A DNA stretch of 62,635 bases, filler included, from Sphacelaria rigidula (taxonomy: Eukaryota), in NCBI GenBank assembly GCA_964200075.2. It is 10 parts of 10 records of this genome, joined end to end, with 100 filler letters (N's around TTAATTAATTAA, not from the genome) between each part and the next. Parts side by side here need not be neighbours in the genome. Positions count along the whole stretch, not along the records: positions 50,190 to 56,362 come from CAXNAA020021746.1; positions 56,463 to 62,635 come from CAXNAA020021747.1; 8 more parts are not named here. One strand, written 5' to 3'. Below the pieces are notes generated by a model. It did not search any database and was not told the DNA's origin. It worked only from the letters and a program-made list of their open reading frames with translations. A program made the translations under genes and the position numbers. This document shows positions 50,090 through 62,200 of the stretch, in pieces (the stretch's first letter is position 1; the number at the start of each line of letters is the position of its first letter).

Positions 50090-51190
50090 NNNNNNNNNNN
50101 NNNNNNNNNNNNNNNNNNNNNNNNNNNNNNNNNTTAATTAATTAANNNNNNNNNNNNNNNNNNNNNNNNNNNNNNNNNNNNNNNNNNNNCGAAAATGAAG
50201 TGGTCGAGGAAAAGACTAGGAGAATAAAAGAGGGAGTAGTGGGATGGTGGTAGGAGTGGGGGGGGGGGGGGGGGGGGGGGGGGGACGGAAGTATCATGGT
50301 ACGTGTTGTGGCCATCGAAAGTTGCCCACACTGGCTCTTTTTCGCGGCGTGTCGATCCCGAACCACAAAAGCCTTCTCAAGATGTGAAAAACTTCAAGCA
50401 GGAACCCGAACCATGAAAGCTTGTTCTTTCTTTGCGTTGTCGTCGATTTGGGAGCACGAAGACAGCAGCTATGCAGCGAATGCCACGAGAACATGAGAGC
50501 GAAGCAGTTAGAAACAAGAGAAGATTGCCTTGGCCTTGGTCAGCGACAAACACAAGTCGAGTGATGTGAAATCCCTTACTATTTAGTTTTGACGTGAAGC
50601 CTCTAACATCGTCATATCTACGTTGCTCCCGTTATCGTTTGTTCTTGGCACTAAAGTTACTTGGCACTCTGCCGCCTGTCTAAGTCCGACTCATCATTTT
50701 TCCACGAGAAGTGTATCCAAGTCTTCCACGCATTACAATATTTTGGGAAGTTGCTCTCGTGTAGCAAGAGAGCTACGTGGCGCTGTGGCACCTCGGGAAT
50801 ACCACACATGTTCTACCCTGGCGATTAAGCCGTGGTCAGGTCCTCCTATGAATTGCGATCACTTTCACTCGAAAAAATAGTAAACAACTCAGAGCCAGCG
50901 AATGTACCAGGAAACCGGGAGCCGAGTTTGAGATACTTCTAATAAGAATAAGTTGAAACAGATACTTGGACCATGGGGGTAGGTCACCTGCTGAATCGGC
51001 ATGAATATTTACTTGAAAAAAGTATGCGTGATCTAGATGAAGTACCAGCACCGCGGTCCGAGGGTTAAAACCGTACAGTCATGCGAACCCAACAGTCGTT
51101 ATTGTTTTACGTTGAGCAAGACTCACGGATCCTGTCCATAGGAAACTTCTGACCACGAGGAAAGCTCCTTGGGTGTTGGCTAGATCGCTG

Positions 51191-51492
51191 TAAACAACGT
51201 TTTCGTGAGACTGAGAGAACAGCGCTGATAGAGAGTTACTTCGATCATTCGCTTTAAGTTGGCCATTTTTTATTTCGGTTGTGCTTTTCTTTGTCTCCAT
51301 CACCGGCGTGTGCTCCCAGCTATACGTCGATATCCTACTCAGAGATATCGAGGGCCTCAGTCGCAAGGCACTCAGGGAGCATATCGGGCCTCGTGGAGGT
51401 GCATTTCGGAACTAAAACGATTAATTCACTATTTGACCGCCTTTCGCTCTCAATAGTGACTTCTACTCTTATTCTCACGAAAACATTGTTTA
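51191..51492. mobile_element. MITE (AACAACGTTTTCGTGAGA TIR family), copy 2
   Basis: taaacaacgttttcgtgaga vs tctcacgaaaacattgttta; interior shared with 13136-13348. Confidence 0.72.
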
Positions 51493-51862
51493 TTAAAGGA
51501 GATTTTGTTGAACTATTTGTGTACTTTAGTAGCCACGGTACTATGAAGAAGTGCTGCATGCAGAGCTACATTTGTACATGGATCAGTCATACGAACTGCT
51601 ACATATCCATCGACAGAGCACTCTGCTGTATTTGAGACTGGCTGGTAACAGGTGAGCTAGACATAGTCCTGTATACAGGGCTGCACCTACCGTGCTTTTG
51701 ATATACGGGAAAAGAGCGTGGTTCTAGTGAAACAAGAATTACCGTAAGCAGGTGAAACAGAATGTCCACCATGCGGGGCTACACCATCAGACGCATTCCA
51801 ATACTTAAGGAAGTTGCTCCCGTTATCAATTGTACAGCAGCCTCTCTTGACCATATATTTTC

Positions 51863-53198
51863 CAGGGCTCTTTACGTTGCACGTTACACATTACACGTTA
51901 CGTCACGAATGTGACGTATGAAAAATTATGCTCTACGTCACGTCACTCTTTGTGACATATGAAAAAATATACGTTACGTTACGTCACGTCACGTCACATT
52001 TTTGTACGGGTATGTTACGTTACATTACACTTGTGACGTATTAAAATGTTATACGTTACGTCACGTCACGTCACAGTAACGTATTTTGAAACGTTTCACG
52101 CAACGTGTAACGTAAAATGAAACGTTACACTTCGACCGTGTTGAGGGCAGATGAAGGCTACGTACGTCGTTGCATGGTTTCATGTACCGCAACTTGGTAC
52201 GGAAGGTTCACGGTGACTACCTTGTTCGAGCATGAGGCGCGTTCTGCTCGCTATGTTGACATATAAGAATGCGTTTCAGCTGGTGTATCGCTCATGCGTC
52301 CCTGACTCACACGCTGTAGTTTCAAAGAAATACATGAGTACGTTACGAGGTATTGATGTACGATAATCAGATAGTGAGATACCACGATGCGCGCAGGCCA
52401 TGATGTACACATACAAACCCAAGTTTGTACAGATCATACGTTAGTGATACCTGGTAGTCGGTTGGCATTTTGTAGGACAACCAACATATAGCAATCCGAT
52501 TCTGTATTGTTATTATCATTTGCTCTTTCAGCAGGGCGTGTATGCAGAAAATCTATATTCTATATATATATATATAATACACATGAACTGATGGTCCAGA
52601 ACGAATTCAGCCACGTTCGCAGGGCGAACATCATGACGGTGGAAACACATCATGACTCATTGTGCCAAGAATAGAGACAAAAACTTACACAAAACCGTTC
52701 GAACAGAAACGGACGGCAGGAAAACAGAAAAAGAAAACAATCCTAACATAAGAAGACAAAACAAAACCAACGAAATAAAGAACAAAACTACTTCGTACAG
52801 AACAGCAGTGGAGCCACCGAATATGTCCACGAGGTCACAAGCTCGTGTCACCCTTCGCACCTCTTCAAAGGCACAAGGTCTGTGATTACTTCGTAATTCA
52901 TATTTTGATACTAGTGATGCCAACGAGTAAAACGTCATACGGCAACTGAAAATAATGCATGCCATCGTTGGGGGTGGTGTGGCGGCGCATGCTGCCTCGG
53001 CGCTGAACTTGCCCTCACATCGCGTGCGTATGATGATGACGTATGCACAGTCTTCTTCAACCCATGGATCATATTATGCGAGTATCATATATGCTAATCT
53101 CACTTTAATCGTTGTACAAGTTGAGCGTATGACTGCCGTGATCTACATTCAGACGTCACGAACGTATAATAATGTGACGTGTAACGTAAAGAGCCCTG
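51863..53198. mobile_element. Non-autonomous hAT transposon (1336 bp)
   Basis: TIRs CAGGGCTCTTTACGTT(G/A)CACGT; perfect 8-bp TSD ATATTTTC at 51855-51862 and 53199-53206; dense CGTCA/CGTTA subterminal repeats at ~51873-52130. Confidence 0.94.
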
Positions 53199-53276
53199 AT
53201 ATTTTCGACTTGCGTCGCCCCCGGGCGGCCCGTATCAACCTCCCGAAGGGGAACCTTGTTTATGTAGTATAGATAC

Positions 53277-53850
53277 AGAATATTTCGAACTCACGAGCGT
53301 CAAGCATACGTTGTAACGAGGCGTCCACGAGATTCAATGATGATTTTAGTGTGCAAGTTCCTCCGCACCCACCCCGGGAGATGATTGTACGGGCCTATGC
53401 CAATGCTGGGGGTCCGGTAAACGGATTCGCGACCGTTGGAACGGACGCACGATCGCGGTGATCCTGCAATGTTTCCGGCGGACATGAACATTTCGAGAGA
53501 GGATCTATTCTCACGAGGGCTTAACCAGGCAAGAATACCGAGACCCTCGAAAAAGACGGACCAGACCGGGGCGCAGCCCCGGGTCCCGTACGGTTCGTAG
53601 TATATATATATATAGAATATTTCGAACTCACGAGCGTCAAGCATACTTTGTAACGAGGCGTCCACGAGATGTAATGCTGATTTTGGTGTGCAAGTTCCTC
53701 CGCACCCGCCCCGAGAGATGACTGTTCGGGCCAATGCCAATACTAGGGGTCCATTGCCCGGATCCGAGCTAGAATTTGTGTGGGGGGTACACCTGCGTTC
53801 GCGACCGTTCGAACGGACGCGAGATCGCGGTGGTCCTGCAATATTTCCGA
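53277..53850 (+). repeat. Tandem duplication of a ~337-bp unit with a Helitron-like 3' hairpin
   Basis: agaatatttcgaactcacgagcgtcaagcatac... starts at both 53277 and 53614. GC hairpin ccggggcgcagccccgg at 53566-53582, followed by ...GTAG|T. Confidence 0.75.
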
Positions 53851-55849
53851 AACAGATGATTACTTGGTGCAAGCAATCTATTTATGCTGGAGTACAGACA
53901 GTGCATAACGACATCAAGAACAGAGAGTTCACGGCGCTGATTGTCGGTGGGTGGGTGCACCGACATCTTCTCGCACACAAGGAGGGGCGTGAAACGAAGT
54001 CTAGTGCAATACGGCGCTGAATGCTGACGTTGTGTTGTCTCAGTCTCGAGTTGCAAGCTTCCGACGCAGATGATTACCGGTGCAAGGGATGCAAAAAATA
54101 GTACAGTACCGACAAAACGCAGGCAGCGAGAGGTGATGGATTGAATCGGCATCAATTTCACATAAAAAATGTATACATGACCGAGGTAGACTACCCCCCC
54201 GATGTCATGGTCAAATACAGACAGTAAGAACGGTAGTATCATTCAGTCAAGACGACTACGAGTATTGAGACTACTGTTGTTGTAATCTTCAAACGTGACG
54301 ACCGCATCCGACCATATACAAATCGGCACGTGGCCCCGTCTTCTCTGACTTTGGATGTTGGATACTTGACCACCTCGGTTTATTAAGGGGCACATGCCTC
54401 TCGGACAATCGTTCTGTACCGCGAGGTTTTCCTCGGAGGCCGTCTATGTAGAACAAACGTTCTACTTGCCTGCCGAGGCCAAGTCGCTCTTTTGACAGTA
54501 TAGTACAAAACGAAGTTGAACCGTCGCGTATACCCCAAGTAGAAAACGGGACGCAGACTCTGATTTTGCCCTCAATCGTTGACAGAACAAGCTAAAAATG
54601 TGACCAATGTCTCACGATGTGTCCACTGAGCCAGCACATAGTCGCGATCATGCACTAAGCTCGTCTGCGAGAACTTCTACTTATCTTTGTATCCTGCACG
54701 AGGGCGGCTACTACCCGGGCACCGAATGCTCCGGTATTTTTCATGTCCATTTTTACCCATCGTGCATACCCGTCCACGTGATTTTTACTGGAATGAGTGT
54801 ATAATGCCCGCACCCGCCCGCACCTGAGCTTCTCGTACTGTATATAATATATTTGAATTATGATGATATATCCAAATTTGAGCATTTATATAAGATGATA
54901 TTTCAGTGTTATTCCTTTTCGATAATATGGAGGCTGTGTTTTTGAAGCTCAGGCGCCAAGGAAATCCGCACCTCGCTTGTCATGACGCCGAAACTTGTAG
55001 GATGTGTTGATTGGTACTACAGTAAGGTGTCGGAGCCGCAGCCGTGGCTGTACAAGGCGCTGATGGCCCGATCTGCATCGAAACGGTGGATACCATTCTC
55101 CTCGTAATTCTTTGTTTTTTTACCACCTCCTGTCTGACGACGAATCTAGTTTGTACAATTTCGGTCAGGCTCGCAGACCGCACGGATCCTTCAGGCGTCA
55201 TCGTCAATCTTCGCCCAGTTAGGGATGAACGCTCGCAGAAAACCAGGAAATAAACAGCATCTAGGCCCCACCATATATGTGAGGGCCTAGGCTGAACGCT
55301 TTCCGGTCCGAAAAGCTCGATACGTCGAGATTAAGCCTATCTCACGCGACCGCTGCGTTCTGCAATGGACCCTTCCCCACGTCCCCGACAAGTGGGCAAC
55401 ATCCCCGTACAGACAGTAGTACTGCTAGTGGATACAAGATCCTGACAGTCTAGCAGCCGGCAAGGTAGTTATGGTAATGTCCTTCTAGCGATATCGACTT
55501 ACAGTGATCTGCAGCAGAGTTCACAGGTGAATATTTTCGCGATTGCCTCACCTGCAGCTCGCCCAGATGTGGCGGATTTTTCCACCATCTCACCGCGCCA
55601 GATTATATGTGAAAATGTATGAGATCCTGCACTTTATGTTGAAATGTCCGAAACCCTGGACGAAGATTCTACAGTCAGTTCGAAGACGGTGTTAGAAGTG
55701 TACTGCACACAGTATAAAATATATATTGCCGACTATAATTTGTGTAATACTCGTTCCTCAAGTCGGTATCTGCGACGCTACACTTCGAGACAACAACAGT
55801 GTGTAAAACTCTCCAGAGTATCAAATGCTACAGGCGGCTTTCGCGTTAT

Positions 55850-55983
55850 AGAGGCTGTGTCACCATACAGCTTCGCTCAAGATACAGGCAGCTATGACAT
55901 AGCAGAGGCGGCATTTCACTCCTGCGTGCGCAAACTGGGGCAAACGTACGCTGTAGCTACAACAAGGAGAGCTTCACAAAATG
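55850..55983 (+). repeat. Interspersed repeat shared with 57392-57527
   Basis: accatacagc...caagatacaggcagc...tttcactcctgcgtgcg...ggggcaaacg occurs in two separate contigs. Confidence 0.85.
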
Positions 55984-56116
55984 ATATCCCGCGCGCACGT
56001 TGACCGCAGATACAAGTGGTTGCGTGCATGATGTGGCAAACTGCATAGGACAGCGCGAAATCAATGCAGCATAGGGATAGGCTGAGGATGTGGCGTTCTG
56101 TGGTGTGCTTTGTCAC

Positions 56117-56362
56117 TAGAGGTGGGCACCTGCAGACAAAGAATCGGTTATAACCGGTTCTTGGAAACCCCCACAGGCGTTAACCGGTAACGGTAACGAT
56201 AAAAACCGGAGGTTTTTTGACCCGGTTAAACCGGTTAACCGGAAAACCGGTTTAACCGGGAAAAAGAGGCGTTATTACGCCGGTTTTACCGGTTTTTCCG
56301 GTGAACCGGTTTAACCGATTCAATTCCGAAGTCGAAAGTTCGATAACAAAAGCGTGACACAC
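56117..56362 (+). mobile_element. hAT-like transposon end with AACCGG subterminal repeats
   Basis: Starts TAGAGGTGGGCA, then clustered AACCGG/CCGGTT motifs; cut by the contig end. Confidence 0.6.
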
Positions 56363-56462
56363 NNNNNNNNNNNNNNNNNNNNNNNNNNNNNNNNNNNNNN
56401 NNNNNNTTAATTAATTAANNNNNNNNNNNNNNNNNNNNNNNNNNNNNNNNNNNNNNNNNNNN

Positions 56463-56677
56463 CGTGAGAGGACCGCGTGCTTAGAGGACCGCATCGGAAT
56501 TTGAACACCCCTATGGTTAGGGTTAGGGTTAGGCTTAGGCTTAGGGTTAGGGTTAGGGTTGGGATTAGGGTCAGGGGCGTGATATCTGCAGGGATTGACC
56601 CAATCGGTTTTGAAAAACGTCGATCCCGAGGTGTTTTGAACTACGGCGCGGTCCTCTAAGCACGCGGTGCTCTCACG
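56463..56677. mobile_element. MITE enclosing telomere-type (TTAGGG)n repeats
   Basis: 30-bp TIR cgtgagag(g/c)accgcgtgcttagaggaccgc at both ends; TTAGGG/TTAGGC array at ~56517-56570. Confidence 0.88.
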
Positions 56678-57750
56678 CATTGCACTGTTGCGCCGGCGAC
56701 GACCGCCGTCAGCGAAACGATTCAATGCGGGGACAGACGCTGCGATCTTTGAAACGCAGCACCACTCAGCAGTCTGCTGAGATATACCATCATCACAACA
56801 GTACAGCACCACTACAGTACAGTCGATAAAAGGGATGCCCCAAAATAAAGCTGCAGACACACACGACGGGGGTAAGGGTTATTCCTACGCTTGGGGTTGT
56901 TTCGCCAGTAGTGCCCATGCGAGGCGCTTCACCCAGTCTGAACCAGCTACCACGCCTTGTATGACCACCTCCGCCGTGGCTGTATTGAGAACGGGTTTCG
57001 CGGTGAGGCTGTCGAACGCTACTACTGTAGTGCAACGCGCTTGCGACATCCAAGCCGTTTCTTTTAATTTAGAACCCGCATCAGCTGTGGTTTGGATATC
57101 CCTCCTGACGGTCCCAACCGGGGTCTGATCCAGGGGCGGAAAGCGATGGCACCCGCCCCCTCGGATAGGATTTGTGACCACCTCAGCGTTATAATTAGAC
57201 CCAGGGGAAGTCCTGAAATTACGAATAGTTTTATTGGAAAGTAGTCATTCATTGTAACGAGTATAAGGGGTTCAAGAAAGGAAATTTCGATTTTGAACTG
57301 GGGAAGATGTGCCACAGTATCCCTATATACTTTTCTACATGTTCCATTCCGAGCGATGTTCCCCAAATACCCCCACAGTGGGCGCACCAGCCGCGGTTGT
57401 GTTACCATACAGCGTCGCCCAAGATACAGGCAGCAATTACAGTGGCGGACGCGGCCTTTCACTCCTGCGTGCGTCTCCTGGGGCAAACGCACGCCGTAGC
57501 TGCAGCACGGACAGCTTTACAAAATGTGACGTAGCAATGTAGCAATGTAGCGCGTGGCGAGGAGGTTTACATCCTGCGTACACGTTGGCCGCGATACAAC
57601 GGCTGCACTCATGATATGGCGAACTGCATTGAATTGAGGGAAACATACTGAATGAAGTTACACTGGCGGAGCGCGTTATTTTCGAGCAGCACGCGCGCTA
57701 ATGTTTCCTTGTTGCCGATACCGCGCCAACGCGCTTGTGCACTACAGCGT

Positions 57751-58139
57751 TGTACTTTGTCATGAAGACGCATATTAGTCTGTTGATGCCGCTTCAGACC
57801 CGTTGTCGATTCTAGCCATGACGTGCTTTTGTTCCGGAGACTACAGGTCTGTTCAGAGTTGGTCGGGTACGAATGTGAACCTGTATAATCACAGGGATGA
57901 TACGGGCTTTGTTCGCTGTAGCCACGAACAACGCCCCCCTCATGAGCACTATCAACTGCTCCCCTCTGCTAGCCAGCAAAAGGAAGTCTAACCACCGGTG
58001 AAAGATGTTGGCTGGTCTGGGTTGGATTGATTGAGTGGGTATCGGAGATAATATCAAGATAATTCAGAGAGAAGTGAAGAACCTATTGCGTGAACCTCGG
58101 CTGATATTTTGATACTGAGCAGGTTACACGGTATCTACA
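57751..58139 (+). repeat. Candidate 5' LTR upstream of the giant ORF
   Basis: TGTA...TACA termini and an internal TATAAT, followed by a PBS-like segment and a ~1.1-kb leader. The second LTR is not available to confirm it. Confidence 0.4.
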
Positions 58140-59219
58140 AGTTATAACAGCCTGACGGTTGTACACTTGCCTGCCAAGCTTGTGCCTTGGGTTGCAAGCT
58201 GTGTCCTTGCATTATACTGCCGCTTGCTCTTTATCACATTGGCGTCAACGGTAGGACTTGTTGTTGTTGTAGCTTTAGCTTTGTTGCTTGTAACTAATTT
58301 GTTCTTGTTGTCCTGTTGTGTACTTCGCACAGCCGTAAGGCAACGCGGTACATCACCGTGGTAAGTAGCAATACACAGCATAACGTACTGTGAGTTTTTT
58401 CTCCTTTGAAAACTTCTCGAACAAACAACTTTTTGCTCCAAGACGGTTTCGTTGAAATACTACTAGTTGAAACATTTCAACCTCCGTTACGTGCTCATTT
58501 GAACAGACAGCACTCGAAATCGGTGCTCCTTGCCTGTGCACTACATATATTTCGGCACCCGCTACCAGCGTTGCCCCTGTTGTGCATCACATCACCTTTG
58601 TTCCACATACATACGTTGTCTCAACTTCGTTAGATAACAAGCCTTCGCTCTGCACTACGCAGTCCGAGTTCGCGGTCTACAACCGAAGCTTTGTAAAAGC
58701 TTTTGTGCTGCCTTGCGCTGCACAGTTTTCGTGCGCATCTGAGAAAACATATCTATACTTTTGGTCCTTTTCATTTGCACACCGCCAGTCGTTCCTCAAC
58801 TTGTGCTAGGATCATACAGTTATAGTCTACCCGTGACGCTACATCCGGAACACGTGTAAGTTGTTCTTCCACGTAACAGCGCTGCTACAGACACTCGGGT
58901 CTTCGCTTGTCTTCGGCGACATACGCCTGTTCTGCGCACAATCCAGTGCTAGCTATTACCGCCACAACTTGAATAAGGTTGTATTAATCAGATCCGGCAA
59001 AGTTGTTACAAACCGCAATTCGCTTGAATAAATTACTCAAGTAAATCAGGTCCTGCAGTCCCCTCAGGCACTATTAGGCTTCATTATCCAGTATTTTCTG
59101 GATCAAGCTTCGGCTTCTGCACGTAGCATCACCTGGTGTCACGCTCCTTTGATTGGAGCCGCAGACCAGACATACGGCTGCACCTCCCTTTTTAAGCACA
59201 AAGTCCGCGTGCGCTCATC

Positions 59220-62200
59220 ATGTCGCACAAAAATAACGCTGGCTCTTTCCCTCAATTGGGAACCCAATCGCTTCGCTGGACCCGGAGTCAAACTACTGGC
59301 GGTTCAAAATCTTTCAAGATGACCGGCACACCACCCTCAACACATCGCCGCACGTATGCGAGCGCTGTTCGATCTTCGGGATCTGAAGACCAACATTCGA
59401 GCGAAGCTCATTCTTCAACACTTGAAGACCAGACTTTGACGCCGAGACCTCTTCTCTCACGTTCCGACTTGGACTCAGAGAACATGGTAGTGCACCCGGC
59501 CGAGCCATTGGTTCCTGACACGCATGTCAGTGAGCCCATAACGGTGGATTCCGTCGCACACCCCTCGCTGGCCCCTGCTCCCCCGAATCCCGATGTGGAA
59601 TCCGGAGTTAGGATTGTGCCCTCAGTCGATTCGTTGCCCCTGGACACACGTGTCCAGCTCGGCCCTGCCACGGTTGCTTCAACCGTGGCACCCCGTCGCT
59701 TGACGGCTGACAACTCTCGAGACGATTCTGTCCCGACGAAGCGCATCGCTTCTGGAGCAAGAGACTTTGTCACACGGGCTGCTTCCGTTACGGACCCCCT
59801 TCGCACGACTCTTGATAGTCCCATGCGCCCTACTGCGCAGTCCAATGTCGGACCTGCAGTTGCGGCCATGCATGCTGCCATGCAAACTCTACATCGCACC
59901 TCCTCGGCGTCATCGTCATCGCCAGCGCCAGCTCTCATCGAGACATTTACGGCTTTTTGCCACGCCACGCTCCACGTCCAGTCGCCGTCTGCTCATGTGC
60001 AATTCAATGATGATTCCGCACCTACCACGCCCAAACCCGTACGTCTGGCGACCTGTTCGGCGACATCGCGTCCTCCATTCGTCACTCATGATAATTTCAA
60101 CGAACATGAGTCCAGCCCTTCCTCAACGTCGCAACAGAGGCATACTCGTGCTCCTGACCGGTGCCGCATATCGAGACTTGGCCATGACCATGTCTCCCGT
60201 TCTAGTAGTTCTAAGGGCCACTCCCAGCAAAGCTTGAATTCATCGCGCGCTTCCACACTCCCGAAGAATATCGCTCATGGGCACAAATATGAAGGTAGTT
60301 CACGCCATACTTCCAATTCATCTCGCGCTCCAAAGCGCCCAGTGAATGCTAACCATGGCCGTACTCATGAGGATGCCTTGCGGCCCAGATCAAGTTCTTC
60401 GCGCGTTAACTCGCCTTCGAACAACTCCGATCATGCACCTTCGCGCATCTCTACTGCTCAGCCTTTGTCACACAACCATTATGTACGCAATGATAACACG
60501 GTACATGCTGACGATATCCAAAACATATTTACGGACATGTCACCGACCCCGGAATCCTCACTTGCAGGATCCGACCGCACCTCATCGCACAAACGACGAC
60601 AACGCACTGACCACCAACCACCGTCCCGTTCCGATGCTGCGCTTATTCGTTATCTGCAACAACGTTTGATAGATCTTGAACAACAACTGGCAACAGCAAC
60701 AATGGACACCAAGGGCACTACCGCTGCTGCTAAGCCTACGAGGGAGACCACCAACGCCGCTCCCACTACCGCCGCAGCCACCACTACCGTGGGCACTGCG
60801 CCTTCTGCAGCAGCCACTGCAGCCACGACCCCAACTCCTGCTGCCGCCCAGCTTTCAGTAGACACTGATGCGGACAGTGGTCCCACCACTGTCCCTGTCG
60901 GGGACGTCTCCGTGCGCTCGCCTCCTTCGGTGGAGGAACTGCCTCCGCTCGGCGTCGAGCATTGCCCCGCCGGGCTTCTCTTGCGATTGTTCCAGGACCG
61001 TCCCCGCGCGGAACAAGAACAGCTCATCCAAGACTATAAGCGCCAAGCCCCGGCGCTAACTCGCAGTCTACTCGACCACCAACGCAGTGCTGACGAGGCT
61101 GCCGCCCGCCTCCTTCTGGAGGAGCATGCTGCCAAGCTGAAGGATTTTCAGCGACAGGCTTCACTCGCCCAAGCCACCAAGACGGCGGCACACAGAGCAT
61201 TGCAAGAAGGGGAGACTGCAGCCTTGATGGCACAAAGGAGGGTTCGCGAGGTACAAGAGCATGTTCGGCGAACAACGCAAGAAGCTGATTCGTCGATGGC
61301 GCGGGTGACTCACCATCAAGCCTCCCCGCCGCCTTCCGCCGACCACTTGCTTGAAGCTCGACCTCCTCGACAGCCCACGCCCACCAGGTCGGACTACGTG
61401 ATACCACGTAAGTCCGACAGGGCGTCTTCTGTAGCAACCACCGCCGCCCCCACGCCGTCTCATGCACCTGGTCCGGCGGTCACTGCCCGCCCCACCACAC
61501 GCTTGCAACTTGCTTCACACGAACAAGTATGGCTTTCTCGGTCTGTGGTCGATTATACCGGCCTCTTTCACCGAAACAATCACCTGCACTGTTCCCGCCA
61601 CGCTTGGAACATCATCTCACAACGCATGTTAGCCGTTATTGGCGGCTACGTGGAACAGGGTGGCTTCTTCCCTGATGATGGCGTGTCGGTGATCACCTTG
61701 GGCCAACTGGTCCTCCAGGCGACAATCGGCGATAGTCCGAATCTCAATCGGTACGTCGACACTGTCAACAAGCTTTTTGCGGCGCTACGCGCCGCTTCTA
61801 GCTCCGATCCCGCCGCGCCTCTCCGCGACGACGACGAAGATGAGGATGGGTGGACCACCACGACCTTCAATTGCCGGGGTCACGAGAAGAATCACCGTCG
61901 CGATGACGATGATAGCAATGGCGGGAATTCACGCCGCCGCTATGGCGGTGGAGGATCCTCTTCGGGCGGCTCCGGATCAAACCGCCCGCCCCGCAAGCCG
62001 AAAGGCAAGCACACCGGAGGCAACTCCTCTGGCTCATCCGCATCGGCCTGGAACCGGTCCGGTGAAGCTCTCCCCGCCTCGGGCTCGGAGACCTCCAGGC
62101 AAGTAATTCCTAGGTTGGCTAATGTTTCGACCCGCATTTTAGGTTTGTCCGATACGGATACACCTGACCGTCCTTTGTCTTCTACTGCAGCCCGCGCTTT

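Noticed and set aside
56517..56570. True telomere
   Set aside because: Short, degenerate, bracketed by TIRs, and the G-rich strand points into the contig.
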